Virus record (IMG/VR): IMGVR_UViG_3300042878_001023
Location: 32,001 to 96,000 of that record
Strand: one strand, 5' to 3'
Length of the DNA stretch: 64,000 nucleotides
From: a virus
Taxonomy: Duplodnaviria > Caudoviricetes
Part shown: positions 21,625 to 31,717 of the stretch, piece by piece
Position numbering within the stretch: the stretch's first letter is position 1
Layout: each line of letters begins with the position of its first letter
Position numbers and translations under genes: made by a program
Notes under the pieces: model-generated
The model's input: the letters and a program-made list of their open reading frames with translations, nothing else
What the model was told of the DNA's origin: nothing
The model's database searches: none

Positions 21625-22677
21625 TTATATCACTTTAGTATTATAGTTTAATCTTGCATAGTTTCCTCTTGTAGGAGCTTTGAACATATCATAGTATTTA
21701 GAATACTGTGCTCTTCTATTAGTCCACCATAGTTGCTCCATCTCTTTGAAGTTTGGAGTATTTATAAAACTTAATGCATTTACTCTAGCATCTTTTAATT
21801 CAGGTAAAATGATCTGTAATCTTTGACCAATATTTTCACCATTAAGTGCCAAGTTTTCAAATATTCTTTTCTTAAATGCATACTCATAGTAATCATTAAG
21901 TCTTGGGTGATCAGGAACCATAATGTTTCCATCATCATCAATAAGTTCACCTTGATAGTTTACATATACATGACCATCTTGGAAAGTAGTAAATAAGAAA
22001 CCATTTTTAAGCCATCCTTCATCCGGTCCATTGTAATACAAGTTAGGACATTCACATTCTATGTTTTGACTTGGCTTCATTCTTAATTGCACAAGCGTAG
22101 TGTACTTTCTTGTAAGTCCCGCATGAACAACTTGTATTAATTCATATGACTCACCTTTACAATTCATAAATACTCTTGGAGCTACACAAGTATTTCCATA
22201 AGGATTTTCAGGATCATATTCCGGAGTTGTGGTTGTAATAGGTGTATTAAGTTCACAACCTGCTGTATGATTACATGGATTAGAATTACATGTTCTACAG
22301 TTAACAGTTTGAACTGCACATGAATCTACACCACCAGGAAACTCTTGATACTTTACAGTTCCTAAAGGAACCTCTTGTATATTAGTTCCACCTACTCTAC
22401 CATCATAGCCTACATGCTCTGTTCTTTCACGACAAGACATACCAAAATTCCATACATAGAAATCATCTGGTAATTTTACTCTACCATGACAAACATCCAA
22501 TACAACTTCTTTAGTTTGATTAAGTCTCAAACCTAAGTCATAATTAATTTTTCTAGCTAGTTTGATTAACTGCTGAGGATCTATCATGTTCTCCAATGCA
22601 AAAGTTGGTAGATCAATTAAAACATCTTCCATCAACTGGTCAAATGTTCTGTATTTTATTGTATAGTTAAAGTCCAT
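21625..22677 (-). CDS. Tail tubular/ring protein with Cys-rich insertion
   Basis: Directly upstream of muzzle; GRVKLPDDF and NYQGELIDDDGNIMVPDH...YYEY motifs typical of crAss-like ring proteins. Confidence 0.6.
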   Translation of the reverse strand: MDFNYTIKYRTFDQLMEDVLIDLPTFALENMIDPQQLIKLARKINYDLGLRLNQTKEVVLDVCHGRVKLPDDFYVWNFGMSCRERTEHVGYDGRVGGTNIQEVPLGTVKYQEFPGGVDSCAVQTVNCRTCNSNPCNHTAGCELNTPITTTTPEYDPENPYGNTCVAPRVFMNCKGESYELIQVVHAGLTRKYTTLVQLRMKPSQNIECECPNLYYNGPDEGWLKNGFLFTTFQDGHVYVNYQGELIDDDGNIMVPDHPRLNDYYEYAFKKRIFENLALNGENIGQRLQIILPELKDARVNALSFINTPNFKEMEQLWWTNRRAQYSKYYDMFKAPTRGNYARLNYNTKVI

Positions 22678-23348
22678 TATCTTAAAGTATTTTGACCATC
22701 ATCTGGTCCATCAGTAGGAATTTGTAATGACATTGCTAACTCTTTCACAACCATTTGTTCAATTTCAGAAAATAAATATTCTGGAAATGGTAATGAAAGA
22801 TCTTGTTTAAGCTTACACTGATCTTCAGGGTCACATAAAAAATCTCCTTTATCTCCTTGGAACATAGCCTCTACTCTTACAGCCTCCCAAATCAAATTAG
22901 GAAAATATAAATAGCCATTTAAAAACCAAAAATATTTTCTTTTATTATACTTAAATGTAGTAGATTTAGTTATAGAAACCCAAGTACCAGGATTAGTTCT
23001 AAAGATAATTTCTGAACCATCTATTGAAGATATAGTACGTATGATTGGTCCAAACATACCGGAAAGCATATCTGGAATTTTTTCTTTACTTCTTTTAAAG
23101 TAACAACCTGAATATACACCAGTACATCCAGCTTCTATTTTATCAACATCTATTAATTCTACATAAGGTAATACAGAAAATATATTACTCAGCTGCATCA
23201 ATCTATATTGATTATCTTCTCTTTTAAGAAGAGTCTGTCCATACTTTATAATAGAGTAATAGATTACTCTATCAGTCAAGAAGGCATCTTCTTTAACGGC
23301 CTTTAGTGTATTCCTAACCCTTGATATTGCTTCTCCTACTGTAGTCAT
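22677..23348 (-). CDS. Tail ring protein
   Basis: Synteny (IHF-like, ring, ring, muzzle); C-terminal FPEYLFSEIEQMV...PTDGPDDG of ring type. Confidence 0.55.
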   Translation of the reverse strand: MTTVGEAISRVRNTLKAVKEDAFLTDRVIYYSIIKYGQTLLKREDNQYRLMQLSNIFSVLPYVELIDVDKIEAGCTGVYSGCYFKRSKEKIPDMLSGMFGPIIRTISSIDGSEIIFRTNPGTWVSITKSTTFKYNKRKYFWFLNGYLYFPNLIWEAVRVEAMFQGDKGDFLCDPEDQCKLKQDLSLPFPEYLFSEIEQMVVKELAMSLQIPTDGPDDGQNTLR

Positions 23349-23926
23349 AAGTCAAATTCATTATAAGTCTCTAATTTTTTTAGAGTTTCTTTATTATTTA
23401 TTCTTTCATACTGCAATTTCTGATATACTTCTTTAATTGCTTTTGTATTTTCTACTACCAAATACATATTCCAATTTTCAGGATATGTTTTAGAAACTGC
23501 TCTTTTAAAATCTCTACATGCTGTAAAACTCCAAAACTCTCTATTTTTTATTTTATGCTTTGGTGCATAGTTTGTAAAAAATATCTTTGCTAACTTTCCA
23601 TCTGTAGCAAAATTATTATTAGATACTTCTACACCATATTGATTTGATTTAGCAAAGTCAATGTTCTTCTTCTTACTATGTTGACATGTTCCTATAAAAA
23701 GCCATCCTATCTGTTCTGGTATTTGCACTCCATCTCTATTGTCAATTACCATTGTATATAATGCTTTATTAAATGCTTTAGCAATGTTTTTTAAAGCTTT
23801 ATTATCATAAGTACTATACTTAGGATATTTCTTTTTAAAGCTATCAAAAAACTCTTTATCCAAAAGTGTAAGTATTTCAGGTCTATATCTTGGTGCTGAT
23901 AAGTCAGGTTTCTTAAACTCTCTCAT
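23345..23926 (-). CDS. IHF/HU-like DNA-binding protein of crAss-like tail module
   Basis: Basic 193 aa; helical N-terminus then DGVQIPEQIGWLFI beta-arm; conserved position before ring genes; ATGA overlap with next gene. Confidence 0.55.
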   Translation of the reverse strand: MREFKKPDLSAPRYRPEILTLLDKEFFDSFKKKYPKYSTYDNKALKNIAKAFNKALYTMVIDNRDGVQIPEQIGWLFIGTCQHSKKKNIDFAKSNQYGVEVSNNNFATDGKLAKIFFTNYAPKHKIKNREFWSFTACRDFKRAVSKTYPENWNMYLVVENTKAIKEVYQKLQYERINNKETLKKLETYNEFDL

Positions 23927-23955
23927 AATAATATAGTAAAAATTAGTTAGTTTAA

Positions 23956-23964
23956 CAAATATAG
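23956..23964 (-). promoter_or_regulatory. Putative promoter -7 element CTATATTTG
   Basis: Matches Bacteroidetes TAnnTTTG; lies just downstream of a terminator and ~30 nt upstream of ATG 23926. Confidence 0.5.
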
Positions 23965-23968
23965 CTAT

Positions 23969-23996
23969 AAAACAAAACCCCTACAAGTGCAGGGGT
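23969..23996 (-). terminator. Rho-independent terminator
   Basis: Minus strand ACCCCTGCA-CT-TGTAGGGGT followed by TTTGTTTT. Confidence 0.75.
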
Positions 23997-24033
23997 ATGT
24001 CTAGTTGAAGATAAACCAACAAACTGCAACTAA

Positions 24034-24600
24034 TTAGACTGGTGGGGTAAATACAGGAAAAGACATCTTCATACTCATGTAATGAAACTCTTTTAGTTTT
24101 TGTAAAAATACTCCAAGTTTTGTTCTATATTCTTTATACAATTCTTTTGTTAATACTTGAGCATTTGTATAATCTACAACTAATGTATAGCTTTGAATTT
24201 GACCTGATGGATAGTATATATCTCTTGTTCTGTTATAAGTTATTATACCAGATTGTTTATCAGGATTTCCAGGAAGATATAATGAATTCCAAAATCTTTT
24301 TTCAACATTACCAAATACTTCATCAAAGTATATAATAAGACCGTTTGGTCCTTGTACATGATCAATAAGTTTTCCAAAATCTACTAGACTAATACAATCA
24401 GTACAAAAATTTCTATTTGGATCAAAGTATTTATTGACTAAAGTTGTTAATAAATATTCATGTAAAGCTTTTCTATAAGCAGCCAGTGTTGCTCTAAAAG
24501 TTGTATATGACTCATCTACATTAAGGTGATTTACATCAGGTGTATAACCTTCACATGTATTACCTATCATTTTATAATATTTATAATCAAATGGATCCAT
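24034..24600 (-). CDS. Hypothetical protein (188 aa), tail module
   Basis: Tyr-rich ORF co-oriented and tightly packed with tail genes; no recognised motif. Confidence 0.6.
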   Translation of the reverse strand: MDPFDYKYYKMIGNTCEGYTPDVNHLNVDESYTTFRATLAAYRKALHEYLLTTLVNKYFDPNRNFCTDCISLVDFGKLIDHVQGPNGLIIYFDEVFGNVEKRFWNSLYLPGNPDKQSGIITYNRTRDIYYPSGQIQSYTLVVDYTNAQVLTKELYKEYRTKLGVFLQKLKEFHYMSMKMSFPVFTPPV

Positions 24601-24605
24601 AACAA

Positions 24606-26252
24606 TTAAATTAATTCATATTTATATCTATGTAAAGCAAGAGTATCTGCAGCTAATAAAAATGTTTCTTGTGCTATAACTAGTTCACCAAAAGCTTTTG
24701 ACTGAGCATCTCTTCTTGCTCTTTTAAAGGTTTGAATGGTATTCTCTATTGCCATTCCTAAAGCAGAACTAAATTGACTTATAGTAGGATCCCAAGCATA
24801 GAGGTTACTATCTTCATCACATCTTAAATATTCACCAGGCATACCAACAGTTGGTATTTGAGAAATTAAAGTAACAGGAGCTAATGTTACCATATGATCT
24901 TTTACAGTTGGTAATCTATCAACTATTCTATCACCATTTAAAGAAAGAAACTTTATGTTACTCCAACTCCAATAAGTATATTGTGGACAACCAAAATCAA
25001 GATTAACTGTAGTTAATCTTCCTTTACGAACTATTGTTTGATCAGCAATACCATTAGGATCCCATGTAGTGTAGTCTAAAGGTATAAAATTTGAACATTG
25101 TACTTCAGGACTAACTTTGGCCTGTTTTCCTGTAACTATACAATTTACATTTTTAATAAAATCATCTCTCAAATCTCTATAAGCATCATTAAAACTCACA
25201 GTTGGACTAATACATCCAAAACTTTTTAACTCAGAACAAGTAATTGTTGTATCATCTCTATCAAGAAAATTTATACCAGGGTAAGGATAATCCGTGAATT
25301 GTAAATTACCTCCTAAATATTCTGTATACACACCTTCTGGATCTTGTGTTTGAACATAACAGTCACAAGAGAAATCATAGTAAACAGATTTTTTACAGCC
25401 TTTTGAATCTGTTACATCTAACCTAACAACAGTTGACTTTATCACTTCTCTTTGATCACATATTGTTGGAGCATAAGTAATTACATCTTGTACTGTTAAA
25501 GTAGATAACCATTTTCTTACACATAAACTTGTAGAAGATTGAGCTGATAAGGTAAAAGAAAAAGTATTGTTATCACAGTCAATAAGGCTATATGAAACAT
25601 CTGGTGTTCCAACAGTTCTGTTATTTTTTATAGTTAAGAATTTATCAACTGCATCAGTTGGTCCTAAAGGTATAAGCCACTCATATACACAAATAGGTTC
25701 AGGAATTGTTTCATCAGGTTCTAATGTAAGTGTTATTAGTTCATTATCACAATTTATATACTGATAAGTTTTATCTGTTGTACCATAATTTGTTAAAACT
25801 AAATAATCACAAGGATATGGATAATTTGCTAAAATAGAATTAGCTCCAATAGTTTCTAAATCTAAAGTACTAAGATCAGTGTCACCTAATATATCATGTC
25901 CTACAAAAGGACCTTGAGCTATTGACCAATTATATGTATAAGGTCCTGTTCCATTTGTTACTGCTGCTGTAAGAGAGGGATAGCTACCCTCAATCCCACT
26001 TATTGATACTGACATAGCACAATTCTCACAAGCTGCAGTAAAAAGCTTCTGAAGGGCTACTTCTACATTATCATTTTGTAATATAAGTTTATACTCCTGA
26101 CACAATAACAAATCTTGACCAGAGTATGCAATACATGCAGAATCTATAATTTCAGAACATTTAGTATTCTGAATACACTCTTGTGTAATACATGGTTGTG
26201 GTGCTGTAAATAAATTTCCTTTACAACTTTTACATTTTTGAATGTTACTCAT
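24606..26252 (-). CDS. Cys-rich tail fibre/appendage protein with SprB/Ig-like segment (548 aa)
   Basis: N-terminal CxxC...C-E-xxDxxCxxYxG module shared with neighbours; NGTGPYTYNWS...VTDSKGC SprB-like signature. Confidence 0.55.
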   Translation of the reverse strand: MSNIQKCKSCKGNLFTAPQPCITQECIQNTKCSEIIDSACIAYSGQDLLLCQEYKLILQNDNVEVALQKLFTAACENCAMSVSISGIEGSYPSLTAAVTNGTGPYTYNWSIAQGPFVGHDILGDTDLSTLDLETIGANSILANYPYPCDYLVLTNYGTTDKTYQYINCDNELITLTLEPDETIPEPICVYEWLIPLGPTDAVDKFLTIKNNRTVGTPDVSYSLIDCDNNTFSFTLSAQSSTSLCVRKWLSTLTVQDVITYAPTICDQREVIKSTVVRLDVTDSKGCKKSVYYDFSCDCYVQTQDPEGVYTEYLGGNLQFTDYPYPGINFLDRDDTTITCSELKSFGCISPTVSFNDAYRDLRDDFIKNVNCIVTGKQAKVSPEVQCSNFIPLDYTTWDPNGIADQTIVRKGRLTTVNLDFGCPQYTYWSWSNIKFLSLNGDRIVDRLPTVKDHMVTLAPVTLISQIPTVGMPGEYLRCDEDSNLYAWDPTISQFSSALGMAIENTIQTFKRARRDAQSKAFGELVIAQETFLLAADTLALHRYKYELI

Positions 26253-26282
26253 AATATATTATCTTAATTGTAAACTAACTGG

Positions 26283-27134
26283 CTATACTACAGTTCTATT
26301 AATAGTACATGTTTGACCGGCTAGATAAATTATAAAAGTAGCTGTTCCAGTTTCATATGGTGTACCTGTTATTGTAAATGTTAAACTTCCATTTCCATTT
26401 GCAAAAGTACCAGCTTGTAAAGTAGCAATTAAATTATTTACTCCAGTAGACAATACTGTTTGTTCACCGTATGGTCCACCATTTCCTCCACTATAAGAAA
26501 TCACACTTGACACACCACTTGCTGCTACTCCGTTTGTAAGCGTTCCGTTATTTGTTATTGATGAACAGTCTAATGTATAAGTTTCAGAATTAGCAATTGT
26601 ATAATAAGCATCTGCTGTACATCCTTTTGCATCTGTAACTTTAAGTTTAATTAATGTTTTATAAATTTTATTTCCAGATGTACCTTGAAAAAAATTATCA
26701 ATACCCTCTTCAACACTAACATTAAGACCTAAAAGTAAAGATGCGTCAGCAACAACAGGAGGAAGTAAATGACCAGCATACTGTGAATTTTGATTTGCAG
26801 ACCATTGATAAGTATAAGGTGCTGTACCACCTGTAACTACAGATTCTAATAATAAGTCATCTGTAGAAGATAAATTAATAGTTACTGCTAAATTACATTT
26901 ACATAAAAATTCTACTATATTAGATAGTATTTGTGATAATGGATTGTTTGCAAATATAATACTCTTAGTACCACACTTAATATCAGCTGTAGTATATTCA
27001 AAGCAAAGAGCATTAAACATTTCTGCATCATTACACTTATTTGGTGTAGGGCAAATTACTTCAAAAGGTCTAACTGTTTCACAGTTACACGTTTCAAAGT
27101 TACATACATTACATTTATTACAATTACTTTCCAT
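26283..27134 (-). CDS. Cys-rich tail fibre/appendage protein with SprB-like and Ig-like domains (283 aa)
   Basis: Same N-terminal Cys module; GGTAPYTYQWS...VTDAKGC; beta-rich C-terminal domain. Confidence 0.55.
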   Translation of the reverse strand: MESNCNKCNVCNFETCNCETVRPFEVICPTPNKCNDAEMFNALCFEYTTADIKCGTKSIIFANNPLSQILSNIVEFLCKCNLAVTINLSSTDDLLLESVVTGGTAPYTYQWSANQNSQYAGHLLPPVVADASLLLGLNVSVEEGIDNFFQGTSGNKIYKTLIKLKVTDAKGCTADAYYTIANSETYTLDCSSITNNGTLTNGVAASGVSSVISYSGGNGGPYGEQTVLSTGVNNLIATLQAGTFANGNGSLTFTITGTPYETGTATFIIYLAGQTCTINRTVV

Positions 27135-27142
27135 TTTTTATT

Positions 27143-27766
27143 TTAATTATGTTCTGGTTCATATTGACAATCTTCTTCATCAATAACAACAGTATAAAAG
27201 AAATCATGACTACAACCAAAAGCATCTATTACTTCAATTCTTATAGTACCAGAATATTTATTTGTATTATTATCACCAATATAAAATTTATTAGGTAAAC
27301 AATATACAACAACATAGAAACCCATACCTCCTTGTCCTACAGGATTAAAACAATCAGAACTTGTACCTTCTTCATAACTTGAACAATTAGAAATTGTAAT
27401 ACCAGTAAATGGTCCTTGTACTACCGAAGGTTTTATTGTATACGTTGGTGTACCCCCTGTAATAGCAAAACCCAATGATGAACCTACATATACACCACCT
27501 GTTAGAAAATTAAACTCAATATCTATTTCACAATTTTTATTACAGATTGTATCTACAAGTGTTGTTAATACAGTAGGTAATGATTCTCCTGATTCCACAA
27601 GCACCTCACCATTACAAACTATTGGATCTCCTGTATAGTTAACACAATCAAGATCAAATATCTGTTCACAGTCTGGTGCAGGTGGACAGTTTCCACCATA
27701 CTCACAAGGAGTAGGTGGAATAACCACCTTCTTTTTGCATTTACAATTTTTACAATTTTTTTTCAT
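27143..27766 (-). CDS. Cys-rich tail fibre/appendage protein (207 aa)
   Basis: Same N-terminal Cys module; GGTPTYT...VIDAFGC. Confidence 0.55.
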   Translation of the reverse strand: MKKNCKNCKCKKKVVIPPTPCEYGGNCPPAPDCEQIFDLDCVNYTGDPIVCNGEVLVESGESLPTVLTTLVDTICNKNCEIDIEFNFLTGGVYVGSSLGFAITGGTPTYTIKPSVVQGPFTGITISNCSSYEEGTSSDCFNPVGQGGMGFYVVVYCLPNKFYIGDNNTNKYSGTIRIEVIDAFGCSHDFFYTVVIDEEDCQYEPEHN

Positions 27767-27786
27767 TTAACACATTGTATTTATTA

Positions 27787-29859
27787 TCATGAACAAACTG
27801 ATAATGTTGAATCAGAAGTATTACATGGAGCTAAAAATGACATCAAACCGTCCAATCTGAATCTAAAACCACCAACTTGTCCTGCATTTGCTGCATCACA
27901 ACTAAATGGCCAAGTTTTAGATGATCCGACTAAATTAGGTTGATATGCTAAACCTGCTGTTGGAGCATTTGATGTATCCGTATTACTTGTACTAACAAGT
28001 TGACTATCATATAAAGGAACAACTTCACCTGTTTTAATTCTACTAACAAACATTCTGTTTTTAGATGAAAAATCTAGATAATTAAGTGAAAAATTTTCTG
28101 TAGCTATAAGTGTGTTAAAACCTAATATACATCCAGGAGTACCACCTGACATAGAGCCTGTAAACGGTAAACCTACACCAGTTAAAAATACACCATTACC
28201 ACTAAATTCAATTCCGCGATAAATTAAATGATTATTACCATGTGTAAAACTATTATCAATTGTACCAGAAGCTAAAACTTCAGGAGGTAATACATTACCA
28301 CCTCTTGCAAAACGTATTTGCATTGCATGAACTTTTGACTCACCATTATTTATTAAAGTTGTAGTACTTCCTCCTTCATATATAGCACAAGCATTTGGAT
28401 CTGAAGTGTAAGCTTGATCTAGCACATTACAAAACATATTATTACGAAATGCATCTGGTTTATCAATTCCTATTGCAGTTCCTGCTTGACCATTGTCAGC
28501 ATTACCCATAGGTATCTGAATAACACCTCTAAAATATATTACGTTACCAACTCTTCTTGCTTGTGGTCTTGCTACACTAGAAGCGTTGTCATACTGAGAA
28601 AATCCCAAAAGATAATGCCAACCTGTATCTTTAATAGCCGTTTTTATTTGCCACTGATTAGTACTTGGTAATTTAACAACAGTCATATCAATTGCAGAAG
28701 TATCTTCTACAATTATTTCTGCTCCATTTACAGTATATGTTGTATCACCTGGATTAGGACCCACTGCAGATGTAACAGTAATATTATCACCTGCTGCTAC
28801 AATTGCTTCTTTACCAGCAATAGTATATGTTGTAACATTAGAAACTGTAGTAGGTGTTACTGTAATATTATCTCCAGCAGCTACAATAGGTAAATTAGCA
28901 GATACAGTTACAGTATCTTTATTACCACATCCTGTAGTAGCTGTGGTAGTTGCAACATTTACACTTGTATTACCTGCAACAACTTCATATGTTTTATGAG
29001 CTTTTCTTATATCAGAAACAGTAATCCATAAGTTAATAAAACTATCACTTAAATTTTGAGGTGTACCAATCCAAGAACTATATTCTGATTGCATTGCTGT
29101 ACCGCAATTGAATAGTGATGGTGAAGTTGCTAAAGTAGGGACATAAAGACCAGCTGAAGTATTAGTTTGAAATTTATAAGCTGTAAATACATTCCCTGGT
29201 TGTCCTAAAGAACTTAATAAAGCACAATAACCATGAGTATCATCATTTACTAAAGCTGTAAGTATAACCTCTAAATTATGTGAAGTACCCGCTAATACAC
29301 CATCTGGATTATCTTTTAATGTACAGTCTACTATAAAAGATGGTAATACATATGGTACTGGAGGTGGTAAGTTTTCTAATATAGTTACTCTGTTATCAAT
29401 ATTGGTAAGTGAAGTATTTATAGTACCTATCTGATCAACAAGACTACAAACTTTTTCACCAATCATCTGTACATAATCAAGCAACAACATTGTTGTTTGT
29501 GTTGCTGATGTCTTAAAGCAATCTGCTATAGGAACAATACAGTTAGTAGGACACGGGTCAGTTAGTGCAGCAGGCCCCGGTGTTCCAGTTCCAGCATTAC
29601 ATATTTTGTTAATTAATAACTGTATTAATTCACTAAATGTATCTGGAGGATTATTACCAACCTGTAAACATGTAAGATCTAAATTACTTAGATCTAACTG
29701 ATTCATGATTGTACATAATTCAGTAGCTAAATTATATATTACTGTGGATATACTATCTCCTGTACATAAACTGATACAGTCTATATTTGGTCCTTGCCAG
29801 ATAACACAGTTACTAGATACTGGAGAACATGGAGAATTATCTAAATTTAATGGTTTCAT
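27787..29859 (-). CDS. Tail fibre protein (690 aa)
   Basis: CVIWQGPNIDC N-module, repeated VAAGDNITVT shaft units, DTGW...ARRVGNVIYFRG fibre-tip signature. Confidence 0.65.
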   Translation of the reverse strand: MKPLNLDNSPCSPVSSNCVIWQGPNIDCISLCTGDSISTVIYNLATELCTIMNQLDLSNLDLTCLQVGNNPPDTFSELIQLLINKICNAGTGTPGPAALTDPCPTNCIVPIADCFKTSATQTTMLLLDYVQMIGEKVCSLVDQIGTINTSLTNIDNRVTILENLPPPVPYVLPSFIVDCTLKDNPDGVLAGTSHNLEVILTALVNDDTHGYCALLSSLGQPGNVFTAYKFQTNTSAGLYVPTLATSPSLFNCGTAMQSEYSSWIGTPQNLSDSFINLWITVSDIRKAHKTYEVVAGNTSVNVATTTATTGCGNKDTVTVSANLPIVAAGDNITVTPTTVSNVTTYTIAGKEAIVAAGDNITVTSAVGPNPGDTTYTVNGAEIIVEDTSAIDMTVVKLPSTNQWQIKTAIKDTGWHYLLGFSQYDNASSVARPQARRVGNVIYFRGVIQIPMGNADNGQAGTAIGIDKPDAFRNNMFCNVLDQAYTSDPNACAIYEGGSTTTLINNGESKVHAMQIRFARGGNVLPPEVLASGTIDNSFTHGNNHLIYRGIEFSGNGVFLTGVGLPFTGSMSGGTPGCILGFNTLIATENFSLNYLDFSSKNRMFVSRIKTGEVVPLYDSQLVSTSNTDTSNAPTAGLAYQPNLVGSSKTWPFSCDAANAGQVGGFRFRLDGLMSFLAPCNTSDSTLSVCS

Positions 29860-29876
29860 AATTAATACTAGTTAAT

Positions 29877-29885
29877 ATAATATAC
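29877..29885 (-). promoter_or_regulatory. Putative late promoter GTATATTAT
   Basis: Recurring motif, 17 nt upstream of ATG 29859. Confidence 0.55.
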
Positions 29886-29897
29886 AAAATAATATTG

Positions 29898-31475
29898 TTA
29901 ATTACAATATGGATTACTACAACAGTCTGTTGAAATACTACATACTATAGACTTGTCTCTTAGTGATGCTAAGTCAATAAGTTCTTTTCTTATTAAAGAT
30001 TGTTCATCTTCTTCCGGACAGCAATTTGAAATACCATATCTTTCAGTAAGAACTCTATGATATAATATTTCTGCAGCTCTACAAGAAATAGATTCAAATT
30101 TATCTGGAGTACAGGCAGGAACCGTATAACCTGGTTCTACTAATCTACCTGTTCTTTGTACTGGACAAACCCAAGGATTAGAATTAAACAAAGTTATACC
30201 AGAAGATAATATAAGACTATTATCAATACATGCTCCATATTCTATAACAATGTCTGTTACAGGATCAATTGGAATAACCCAGCCAGCACTACAGAATTTA
30301 TCACTTGTTTCATTTGGTTCAAGTGTAAACTGAGGTTCCAAAATTTCACCACCATCATCATAAATATAATACTGATATGTTTTTGCTACTGCAGAATCAT
30401 TTGTTACTCTGATACATCCAACCTCTGCTTCTGGTTTACAATCAATACAAGTTTCAAATTCAGCAGCTATTTGTATCTCTACACTTAGTTGTCCTGTAAG
30501 TAAAGTGTGTTCTTCAACATTCCAACATATTGGATTATTTACAAGATTGATTACTTTACCCACATAAGTTGTCATGTTAGTATATGTGATAATTGGCGCA
30601 GCAAAACCTTCACAGTCTGTAAGAATCCAATATTCTCTCAAACATATCTCACAATTTTTAAAGTTTTCTTCAATAGTTATAACTGATGTTGTAGGAGGCT
30701 TAATATTTATTTGCTCAATGCTCCAGCATCCACCACATGTTGAATCTGTAATTGTTCTACCTACGTAAGCAGATAAATCTTGTTCAGTAAATTTTACTTC
30801 ACCTGTCTCACAGTTAGTAACTCTATAAGCAATTACAGGAAGGCAATCAATACATGCAGCATATGATTTACTTACAACAACAGAAACTGCACAATCACAA
30901 TCTTCTACTGACTCAGCTTTACTTATAGTCCAGCAACCATCTTCACCAACAAGACTTACAATTTTATTTTGAGCCCATAATGTTTCTAAAGCAGAAGACG
31001 TAGATTGAATAACAATTAAAGGATCCGCACAATTTGTTAACAAGTAACAAGTTGGTTGACTAACACATGGTTGTCCTTCAACACATTCTCCATTAAAAAC
31101 TATAGCAGGTGTACCACTAGTTGTAGAAACTTGTGGTATAATTTTAGTACATATGTTTGTGGGACCCGCAGCTGAAGATAATACATCATCTGTATTAACA
31201 TAAGTAATAGCACCTGATGTTACATAATAACAATATTCAGCCACTGCTGTTGGTTCACCTGTAACAACTACTTCTGAAGGACTAGGACAATTGCTTTGAT
31301 CAGGATTTAATACTACATAATAAGTTCCACCATATACACCACTTATTGTAACATCAAAATTAAAAAATTTATTAGTGTCAACAACATCAATAGTAGACCA
31401 ATACAAAATTTCTTGTAATTCTGCAGGATTATCTTTTACTGGATATAATATGTAACATTTAGGTCTTACTGCCAT
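29898..31475 (-). CDS. Cys-rich repeat structural protein (525 aa)
   Basis: Three Y-x-[LV]T[ND]C...CW...CxxC repeats; about 34 Cys by hand count. Confidence 0.55.
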   Translation of the reverse strand: MAVRPKCYILYPVKDNPAELQEILYWSTIDVVDTNKFFNFDVTISGVYGGTYYVVLNPDQSNCPSPSEVVVTGEPTAVAEYCYYVTSGAITYVNTDDVLSSAAGPTNICTKIIPQVSTTSGTPAIVFNGECVEGQPCVSQPTCYLLTNCADPLIVIQSTSSALETLWAQNKIVSLVGEDGCWTISKAESVEDCDCAVSVVVSKSYAACIDCLPVIAYRVTNCETGEVKFTEQDLSAYVGRTITDSTCGGCWSIEQINIKPPTTSVITIEENFKNCEICLREYWILTDCEGFAAPIITYTNMTTYVGKVINLVNNPICWNVEEHTLLTGQLSVEIQIAAEFETCIDCKPEAEVGCIRVTNDSAVAKTYQYYIYDDGGEILEPQFTLEPNETSDKFCSAGWVIPIDPVTDIVIEYGACIDNSLILSSGITLFNSNPWVCPVQRTGRLVEPGYTVPACTPDKFESISCRAAEILYHRVLTERYGISNCCPEEDEQSLIRKELIDLASLRDKSIVCSISTDCCSNPYCN

Positions 31476-31481
31476 GATAGT

Positions 31482-31694
31482 TTATTTTTTAATTGTGTTC
31501 ACATATCTGTTTGCACCCCATACATTTTTTTGTACAGTTAGTGTTGGTGAACCTGTTGTAGTAGTTGTTGTAGGTTTAGAAGTTAAACCTTTTTCATAAA
31601 ATGATATGCAGTTTGTACAACAAGCTTTACCATCTCTAGCAGTTTTTCTTTGGCATCCGCAAGATAGTCTTGCACCACAATTTGAACATGTCAT
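31482..31694 (-). CDS. Small Cys-rich (metal-binding-like) protein (70 aa)
   Basis: CSNC-x4-SCGC-x10-CCTNC. Confidence 0.6.
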   Translation of the reverse strand: MTCSNCGARLSCGCQRKTARDGKACCTNCISFYEKGLTSKPTTTTTTGSPTLTVQKNVWGANRYVNTIKK

Positions 31695-31717
31695 AATAGT
31701 TAGTTTTTAAATTAGTA

